From Candidatus Latescibacterota bacterium (lineage in GTDB: Bacteria; Latescibacterota; UBA2968; UBA8231), in NCBI GenBank assembly GCA_965204725.1, contig OZ242005.1:1984001-2048000 (forward strand): 64,000 nucleotides of DNA, given 5' to 3'. Of the stretch, positions 57,232 to 64,000 are shown one piece after another. The translations under genes were made by a program, and so were the position numbers. Under the pieces are notes generated by a model. It saw only the letters and a list, made by a program, of their open reading frames with translations, made no database searches and was not told the DNA's origin. Position 1 is the first letter of the stretch. Every line of letters starts with the position of its first letter.

Positions 57232-58407
57232 TTAGAGCACCAAAAGGGCCACGGCTTGGGCCGCCATACCCTCCTCGCGCCCGACGAACCCCAAGCGCTC
57301 GGTGGTCGTGGCCTTGAGCGAAACTTGCTCCACCGCTAGGCCCAAGGTCGCAGCGAGCGTTTGGCGCATCGCCGCTAGGTGCGGCGCGAGTTTGGGCCGC
57401 TGGGCTGCGACGCCGGCGTCGATGTGTAAGACCCGCGCCCCGCGTTCCGCCAGCAGGTTGCCGACCCGTTCGAGCAGCACCAAGCTCGATATATCCTTGT
57501 ATTGCGCGTCCGAGTCGGGAAAGAGTTGGCCAATATCCCCGGCCGATAGAGCACCCAAGAGCGCGTCAATTATGGCATGCGTCAACACATCGGCGTCCGA
57601 GTGGCCCGCTAGTCCCCGCGCAAAGGGCACGACGACCCCGCCCAAAATTAGGGGCCGCCCTTCCTCCAAGCGATGTACGTCGTATCCCTGTCCTATGCGC
57701 AAGCCCATGGCCGGCATCTCCTCCCTTGCGCGCATTCGCCACTCAGCCCAAGCCAGATCCTCGGGCGTAGTCAGCTTGCGGTTGTCGGCTTCGCCGGGCA
57801 CGACGCAGACTTCGTGGCCCAACCGCTCGACCAGCGCGGCGTCGTCCGTGGCCCCCGCATCAGGCCCGGCCGCGTGGTATGCCCTCAGAAGCAGCGCGCG
57901 GTCAAAGCCCTGCGGGGTCTGCGCCTGCCACAACCGCTCGCGCCGCGGCGTACGGACGACCCGCTCGCCCAGCACCTCCTTAATCGTCTCTACTACGGGT
58001 AGCGCGGGCAGCGCCGCTCCGTGTGTGCGCGTGGCAGCGACGACCCGCTCCAGCAATTCCTCCGAAATAAAGGGCCGCACCGCGTCGTGGACCAATACCA
58101 TATCGGCGCGGGTCTCCTGCAAACCTCGATACACGGATGCGCTGCGCTCCGCCCCCCCGGGCACGAGGGCGGCGATTTTGGCAAAGCCTCCGCGCTCGCT
58201 CAGTTGGCGGCGACAATAGTCCAAGTCCGCGCCCCGCACGACCAAGACGATATCGGTCACCAGCGGACTGGCTTCGAGGCGGGCGAGCGCGTGCCAGAGT
58301 ATGGGCCGACTTCCCAACGGGAGATACTGCTTGGGCCAGTCGCCGCCCATGCGCTGGCCCCGGCCACCGGCCGGCACGATGGCGGTTATGCGTTCCACAG
58401 CCGTCAC
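57232..58407 (-). CDS. ispDF: bifunctional IspD/IspF
   Basis: AGGRGQRM, KQY, VHDAVRP, QTPQ, TDD; then IGQGYDVH, HSDADV, KATTTE. Confidence 0.95.
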   Translation of the reverse strand: MTAVERITAIVPAGGRGQRMGGDWPKQYLPLGSRPILWHALARLEASPLVTDIVLVVRGADLDYCRRQLSERGGFAKIAALVPGGAERSASVYRGLQETRADMVLVHDAVRPFISEELLERVVAATRTHGAALPALPVVETIKEVLGERVVRTPRRERLWQAQTPQGFDRALLLRAYHAAGPDAGATDDAALVERLGHEVCVVPGEADNRKLTTPEDLAWAEWRMRAREEMPAMGLRIGQGYDVHRLEEGRPLILGGVVVPFARGLAGHSDADVLTHAIIDALLGALSAGDIGQLFPDSDAQYKDISSLVLLERVGNLLAERGARVLHIDAGVAAQRPKLAPHLAAMRQTLAATLGLAVEQVSLKATTTERLGFVGREEGMAAQAVALLVL

Positions 58408-59432
58408 GCGATCATCATGGCATCGCCATAGCTATAGAAGCGATAGCCTCGCTCTACGGCCTCGCGGTAAGCGGCCAAAAGCCGTTCCCGCCCGACGAAC
58501 GCGGCCACGAGCAACAACAGGCTCGAGCGCGGCAAGTGAAAGTTCGTCACCAAACTATCGACCGCTTTGAAGGGATAGGGCGGATAGATAAACGCATCGG
58601 CCCAGCCCGCCCGGGCCCGCACATTGCCCTCGGCATCGACACTCGACTCCAAGGTCCGCACCACCGTAGTCCCGACGGCCACGACGCGCCCAGCGGATGC
58701 GCGGCAACGCTTGAGCGCGGCCGCCACCGGCTCGTCGATTTCGCAGTATTCAGGCTCGAGTACATGCTGGCGCGGGTCGGCGCAGCGCACTGGCTCAAAC
58801 GTGCTTGGCCCCACGTGCAAAATAACCTTCAGAACCGCCACGCCCTTGGCCGCGATCGCCGCGATTAACTGAGGGGTAAAGTGCAGGCCAGCCGTGGGCG
58901 CGGCCACGGCACCCGGACGAGCCGCATAGACGGTCTGATAGCGCGTTCGGTCCGCGGCCTCGGGCGCACGCCGAATATAGGGCGGCAGCGGTATTTCCCC
59001 GATCTCTTCGAGCCGCGCCAGCACGTCCTCAACGGCAAAGCGCACGCGGAACCGCCCCGGCGCGATCTGCTCGACGATGTGCGCTTCCACCGCTCCAGCG
59101 CCAAACTCCAACCGCGTCTTTGGTTGTAAGCTCCGCCCGGGGCGTCCCAGAGCTAGCCAATCGCCCGCCGGTAGCGGCCTGATCAACAGCAGCTCCACTC
59201 GGCCTCCGGTCGCCGCTTTACGGCCCCTGAGCCGCGCCGGCACGACCTGTGTTTGGTTCAATACTAGGGCGTCGCCGGGCGCGAGGTGATCGACGATGGC
59301 CCCAAAGTGTAGGTGCTGCAAGGAACCATCCGCCCGGTTCAAGAGCAAAAGGCGCGCTTGATCGCGCTCGGGGGGCGGGCGTTGGGCTATGAGCGCCTCG
59401 GGCAGGTCAAAATCGTATTCGACCAGTTGCAT
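58404..59432 (-). CDS. queA: SAM:tRNA ribosyltransferase-isomerase
   Basis: YDFDLP, PLPPYI, AAPTAGLHFT, VGTT, TNFHLP, YSYGDAM. Confidence 0.96.
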   Translation of the reverse strand: MQLVEYDFDLPEALIAQRPPPERDQARLLLLNRADGSLQHLHFGAIVDHLAPGDALVLNQTQVVPARLRGRKAATGGRVELLLIRPLPAGDWLALGRPGRSLQPKTRLEFGAGAVEAHIVEQIAPGRFRVRFAVEDVLARLEEIGEIPLPPYIRRAPEAADRTRYQTVYAARPGAVAAPTAGLHFTPQLIAAIAAKGVAVLKVILHVGPSTFEPVRCADPRQHVLEPEYCEIDEPVAAALKRCRASAGRVVAVGTTVVRTLESSVDAEGNVRARAGWADAFIYPPYPFKAVDSLVTNFHLPRSSLLLLVAAFVGRERLLAAYREAVERGYRFYSYGDAMMIA

Positions 59433-59446
59433 CGCGGGGGGCCAAC

Positions 59447-60139
59447 CTATCCCCGCCACCGCGCATAGCGGAAAATGGTCCAGAGGATTTTGTACCCGGC
59501 CCGCAGCGCGCCGCTGAGCGTGCCGGTAATTTTGGAGGTGCCGATGCGGCGGCGATAGCGCACGGGCACTTCGGCCGTGCGCAGGCCGAGTCGAGCGGCT
59601 TTAACCTGCATCTCAGCCGTCCAGCCAAAGTTGCGGTCTCGCATTTCCATCCGCAGGAGCGCGCCGTAGCGCAAGGCGCGAAAAGGCCCCAAATCCGTAA
59701 AGGTGACGCCGAACAACAGGCGAATTAAGAAGGTCGCCAACCAGTTGCCAAAACGAGCCTGAGGCAGGAGGGCGCCCTTTTCTCGCTTCCCCAAGACCCG
59801 CGAGCCAATAACCATGTCGGCGCGGTCGGCGACGATCGGCCGCACTAAAGCCGACATGTCTTCGGGATAATCGCTGTAGTCGCCATCGAGAAAGACGACG
59901 ATATCCGGCTTGTCGAGTTGGGCCATGCCGGCCAGACAGGCTTGGCCGTAGCCGCGGCGGGGCTCGCCGACGACGCAGGCGCCCCAGCGGCGCGCCACCT
60001 CGGCCGTGCGGTCGCCGGAGCCATTATCGACGACGATGACCTGCTGGGCGATGTCTGGTAGGTCTTGCAGCACCTTGCCGATGGCTTCTTCTTCGTTGCA
60101 GGCGGGAATGACGACGGCAATGGCAGGAGGCGAGTCCAT
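59447..60139 (-). CDS. GT2 glycosyltransferase (DPM1-like polyprenol-phosphate sugar synthase)
   Basis: VIPACNEE, VDNGSGD, GYG, FLDGDYSD, GSR, TDLGPFRA, R.IGTSKI. Confidence 0.88.
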   Translation of the reverse strand: MDSPPAIAVVIPACNEEEAIGKVLQDLPDIAQQVIVVDNGSGDRTAEVARRWGACVVGEPRRGYGQACLAGMAQLDKPDIVVFLDGDYSDYPEDMSALVRPIVADRADMVIGSRVLGKREKGALLPQARFGNWLATFLIRLLFGVTFTDLGPFRALRYGALLRMEMRDRNFGWTAEMQVKAARLGLRTAEVPVRYRRRIGTSKITGTLSGALRAGYKILWTIFRYARWRG

Positions 60140-60167
60140 GCGCTGGGCACCGCAGGGGAAGGGCGGG

Positions 60168-61004
60168 CTAGAGGTTTTCCTCCAACCAGAGGAAGAACAG
60201 ATCTTGGGCCTCGGCGATGTTGTCGAGCAGTGCAAAGCCATGGTCGGCCGAGTCGAGAAAAACGCGCAGATTCTTGGGCGCGGCCGTCTGCGCCTCCAAG
60301 CGGCGGGCGAAGTCGGCATAGCTAAGCAGGACATCCCCAGCCTGAATTTGGTCCTGATCGCCCACCATAAAGAGCATGGAGCGCGGGCCAAACGGGTCGA
60401 GGCCGGCCCCGGTGACCAGCGGCTCTAGCGAAGAGGCCCCCCACAGCCCGGGGGAGAGGGAGACGCCGGTTTTTATTTGCTCGGGGAACTTGCCCACACT
60501 CACGTAGGCGACATTGCCCCCCGAGCCACTGCCCACGACTGCGATGCGGCGGACATTGACCTTGGACTGGCTCTGCAGCCAGATCAGCGCGGCATGGACA
60601 TCGAGAAAGCCCTGTTCCAGATCTATTAATTCCAAGACCTGCCGCTCATCGGGCAGCGGCGTATCGCCGTGCCCACGCAAGTCGATGGCCAAGGCCGCGT
60701 ACCCCCGCTCAAGCAAGGCCACGTATGTGCCGGTGTTGTTCAACCAGTCGAATTTGCTCCCCCCCAGATCGTGCAGGAGGATGACCACCGGCAGGGACTC
60801 GCCGTCTTGGGTCGTGCCAAAAAGCGCGCTCACCTCGACGCCGTCGTTGGCCGGGAAGCTGACGGATTCAATGGGATATACGCGCCCCGGTCCTCGGGGC
60901 AGCTCGGGGCCGACGATCTGGAGATCGTCTTCTGAGTCGCCGCACCCCACGACTCCAGCGGCGAGAATCCAAACCCAAGTCCACCTACGCAATGCCTTGC
61001 TCAT
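60168..61004 (-). CDS. alpha/beta-hydrolase-fold lipoprotein
   Basis: Lipobox VVGC; LLHDLGG, DLRGHG, GDQD, DHG. Confidence 0.75.
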   Translation of the reverse strand: MSKALRRWTWVWILAAGVVGCGDSEDDLQIVGPELPRGPGRVYPIESVSFPANDGVEVSALFGTTQDGESLPVVILLHDLGGSKFDWLNNTGTYVALLERGYAALAIDLRGHGDTPLPDERQVLELIDLEQGFLDVHAALIWLQSQSKVNVRRIAVVGSGSGGNVAYVSVGKFPEQIKTGVSLSPGLWGASSLEPLVTGAGLDPFGPRSMLFMVGDQDQIQAGDVLLSYADFARRLEAQTAAPKNLRVFLDSADHGFALLDNIAEAQDLFFLWLEENL

Positions 61005-61122
61005 AAGACCCTAATCCTCGCCAAAAGCGCGTTGCGAGCGCCTCAACTGGCAACGCTTCTGATGTTCGTAACTCCTTGGGTTTGAATAAACAATCTCGCC
61101 CTCTAGCTGTCAACTTGACGCC

Positions 61123-61151
61123 TTGACGACAAAATTCTTTTGCCCTATGCT
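61123..61151 (+). promoter_or_regulatory. sigma70 promoter, probably leaderless transcript
   Basis: TTGACG-N17-TATGCT ending 8 nt before ATG 61160; no SD. Confidence 0.5.
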
Positions 61152-61159
61152 GCCGCGCT

Positions 61160-62866
61160 ATGATCTGCGTCGAAAAACTCGGCCTGCGCTATCGCGGCGG
61201 CCCGGCCGCCTTGTGCTCCATTGACCTCCACATCCGCCCGGGGGAAAACATCGCCCTCATCGGCACCAACGGTTCGGGCAAAACCACCCTCGCCCGTTGC
61301 TTAAACGGACTGCAACAGCCCCAAACCGGTCGGGTCCTCGTCGATGGCATGAACCCCGGCAACCCGACTCAGCTCCGCTCCATCCGCCAGCGCGTCGGCA
61401 TGGTCTTTCAAAACCCGGATGATCAGCTCGTCGGCACCACGGTCGCCGACGAATTGGCCTTTGGCTTGGAAAACCTCGCGCTGGCCAGCGATGAAATTCA
61501 GCGCCGCGTCGAAGCAACCCTCGCAGCTTTTGACCTCGAAACCCAGCGCCGCTATCCACCGCACCGGCTCGCCGGCGGCGAGAAGCAGCGCGTGGCCATT
61601 GCCGCCGTGGTGGCCATGCGCCCGCGCTATCTCGTCTTGGACGAATCAACGGCCCTGCTCGACCCCAGCGAAAGGCGGCAGGTAGCCGAGTTGCTCCAGC
61701 GGCTGCGCACCGAATACGGCATTGCGACCATACTCATAACCCAGTCCCCGGAAGAAGCCGTGCGCGCCGACCGCGTCATCGTCCTCCACGCTGGCCGGGT
61801 CCATGCCGACGGCGCCCCTACCGCCCTGTTTGCCCACCCACCCCAGCTCCGCGCCCTCGGCCTCGACCTCCCCTTTGCCAGCACTCTGGCCGCGCGCTTG
61901 TCGCTGGCCGAGCCCCACTTGGAGCTAGACGCCTTGGCCGACGCGCTGGCCGCGCTAAAACCCCAGACGCCCCTGCCCCCGTGGACGCCGCCCGCGCCAC
62001 CGCCGCCAACCCCAAACAAACTAGCGGCTGAACGGCTGACCCATCTCTACGACGAACATCTGCCCGCCCAGCGGCGCGGCATTCGCGACATCGACCTAGC
62101 CATCCCCGACCGCTCCGTATTGGCCTTGGTGGGCACCAACGGATCGGGCAAGACCACTCTCGCTCAACACTTCAACGCCCTGCTCAAACCCTCGCACGGG
62201 CGCGTACTCCTCGACGGCTGCGACATTGGCTTCCAGCCTCTATCTCGCGTACGGCAGCGCGTGGGCTTGGCCTTCCAGTTTCCCGAACTCCAGCTCTTCG
62301 CCGAATCCGTGGCCGAGGATGTGGCTTTTGGGCCGCGCAACCTCGGCTTGGCACCCGAGCGCGTCGATGGCCTCGTGGGGCGCGCCCTCGCCATGGTGGG
62401 CATGCCGCTCGGAGAATTTGGGCCGCGTCAGCCGCTCTCGTTGAGCGGCGGGGAAAGGCGGCGCGTCGCCCTCGCCGGGGTTCTGGCCATGGACCCAGAA
62501 GTCTTAGTGCTCGATGAACCGACTGCCGGCCTCGATCCCCGCACTACGGCCCGCTTGTGCCAGCTCTGCGCCGAGCTAAGCCACCAAGGCCGCACCCTCG
62601 TGCTGATCAGCCACGATATGGAGCTCGTCGGCCGCCTAGCCACCCACGTAGCGGTCCTCCGCCAAGGCCGCATCCCACTGCACGGGCCGGCCCGCGCCGT
62701 GCTCGCCCATCCCGAATTCGAGTCCATCAGTGGGCTGGTACCGCCGCCATCCGTGCAGTTGGCCCGCCGCCTGCGACAACGGGGGCTAGCCCTAGCCGGC
62801 GATCCATTGACCCTAGGCGAAACCATCCACTGGCTCACCCCACTCGTCGCCCTAGCCCATGGCTAA
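61160..62866 (+). CDS. ECF transporter ATPase, fused double domain (EcfA-A')
   Basis: Two GTNGSGKT Walker A motifs; FQNPDDQ and FQFPELQ Q-loops; LSGGE, LDEPT. Confidence 0.88.
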   Translation: MICVEKLGLRYRGGPAALCSIDLHIRPGENIALIGTNGSGKTTLARCLNGLQQPQTGRVLVDGMNPGNPTQLRSIRQRVGMVFQNPDDQLVGTTVADELAFGLENLALASDEIQRRVEATLAAFDLETQRRYPPHRLAGGEKQRVAIAAVVAMRPRYLVLDESTALLDPSERRQVAELLQRLRTEYGIATILITQSPEEAVRADRVIVLHAGRVHADGAPTALFAHPPQLRALGLDLPFASTLAARLSLAEPHLELDALADALAALKPQTPLPPWTPPAPPPPTPNKLAAERLTHLYDEHLPAQRRGIRDIDLAIPDRSVLALVGTNGSGKTTLAQHFNALLKPSHGRVLLDGCDIGFQPLSRVRQRVGLAFQFPELQLFAESVAEDVAFGPRNLGLAPERVDGLVGRALAMVGMPLGEFGPRQPLSLSGGERRRVALAGVLAMDPEVLVLDEPTAGLDPRTTARLCQLCAELSHQGRTLVLISHDMELVGRLATHVAVLRQGRIPLHGPARAVLAHPEFESISGLVPPPSVQLARRLRQRGLALAGDPLTLGETIHWLTPLVALAHG

Positions 62867-64000
62867 ATTTTCCGCCGACTTGCTCGTCCGCCAAGGACGC
62901 CTCATCGATCCGGTCAACGGCACCGATGCCCTAGGGGATATCCTCATCCGCCAAGGGCAAATAGTCCAATCGGCCCCGATCCTAGCGGCCCCTCCAGACG
63001 TGCCCGTCCTGACGGCCACGGGCTTGGTTGTCGCCCCGGGTTTTATCGACATTCACACCCATCTCCGCGAACCGGGCTACGAACACAAGGAGACCATTCA
63101 AAGCGGCACTGCAGCGGCGGCGGCCGGCGGGATATGTGCCGTAGCCGCCATGCCCAATACCAACCCGCCCCCCGACAGCAGCGACCACTTGCTGCAAGTG
63201 CTGGAGCGAGCGCAGACGACCGTCGTGCGCTACTATCCAATCGCCTGTATAACAGTGGGGCGTCAAGGACGCGGCGCGCTCGCCCCCCTCGCGGAGTTGG
63301 CCGAATTGGGAGCGGTGGCCTTTTCCGATGACGGCGATCCGGTCGAAGACGAGGCTTTGATGCGTCGCGCCCTCGAAATCGCCCGCCAGCTCGACCGGCC
63401 CATCTTCCCGCACGCCGAGGTCAAGTCGCTCACGGCCGGTGGCTGTATGCATGCCGGAGCCGTGGCCGCGCGCCTCGGCGTCCAAGGGATGCCGGCAGCC
63501 GGTGAGGAGGGCATGGTGGCCCGCGATATAGAACTGGTCCGCCAGACCGGCGGCCCGTTGCACATCGCCCATATCAGCACGGCCGGCACAGCGCAATTGG
63601 TCCGGCGCGCCAAAGCCGACGGCCTCCCCGTGACCTGCGAAGTGCTACCCCATCACTTTGTACTCACCGACCGCGAGGTCGAGCGCCAAGGCACGGCGGC
63701 CAAGATGAGCCCGCCGCTGCGCGAGGCCGCCGATGTCGAGGCCATGCACGCGGGGCTAGCCGATGGCACCATAGAGGTCATTGCGACCGACCACGCGCCG
63801 CATACGGCCGCGGAAAAAGCCCAACCCCTCACTCAAGCGCCCATGGGCATTGTCGGTCTAGAGACGGCCATCGGCCTCACCTTGACCTATTTGGTGGACC
63901 GCGTCTTGTCCCTGCCCGAGGCCATCGCTTGCTGGACCTGCCACCCGGCGCGCATCTTGCGCCTGCCGGGGGGCGCACTCACCCCGGGGATGCCCGGCGA
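62859..64000 (+). CDS. pyrC: dihydroorotase, runs off the right edge
   Basis: Manual translation: PGFIDIHTHLREPG, AAAGG, MPNT, FSDDG, HIAHIST, EVLPHH, KMSPPLR, ATDHAPH. Confidence 0.92.
   Translation, partial: MAKFSADLLVRQGRLIDPVNGTDALGDILIRQGQIVQSAPILAAPPDVPVLTATGLVVAPGFIDIHTHLREPGYEHKETIQSGTAAAAAGGICAVAAMPNTNPPPDSSDHLLQVLERAQTTVVRYYPIACITVGRQGRGALAPLAELAELGAVAFSDDGDPVEDEALMRRALEIARQLDRPIFPHAEVKSLTAGGCMHAGAVAARLGVQGMPAAGEEGMVARDIELVRQTGGPLHIAHISTAGTAQLVRRAKADGLPVTCEVLPHHFVLTDREVERQGTAAKMSPPLREAADVEAMHAGLADGTIEVIATDHAPHTAAEKAQPLTQAPMGIVGLETAIGLTLTYLVDRVLSLPEAIACWTCHPARILRLPGGALTPGMPG

Overview
High-GC bacterial chromosome segment. The rplM-rpsI-rpsB-tsf-frr order and short EF-Ts suggest an FCB-type lineage (inference only). 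The left end holds a partial N6-adenine DNA methyltransferase, ssb, a thiolase, tRNA-Ala(TGC) and a GH10-like protein. The right end (52-64 kb) is housekeeping. The dominant feature is a tandem array of GT-C-fold membrane glycosyltransferase genes spanning 5.1-39.4 kb and 48.2-52.0 kb. It contains 13 close paralogues (one a deletion pseudogene), 2 divergent GT-C genes and one orphan 107-bp fragment. The paralogues are patchworks of each other, vary most in the loops beside the predicted catalytic acidic residues, and carry 1-2 copies of an uncharacterised two-Cys C-terminal module. Embedded in the array are three Rpn-family nuclease genes, each with a perfect sigma54 promoter, an internal SD+ATG and a 9/7/5-copy GI(K/E)Q repeat. 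An IS110 element sits inside a REP palindrome, and its bridge-RNA target and donor guides can be read directly from the sequence. A 2.2-kb islet flanked by a duplicated gene 3' end carries an IS5-family element. All assignments come from motif reading by eye; no database search was run.
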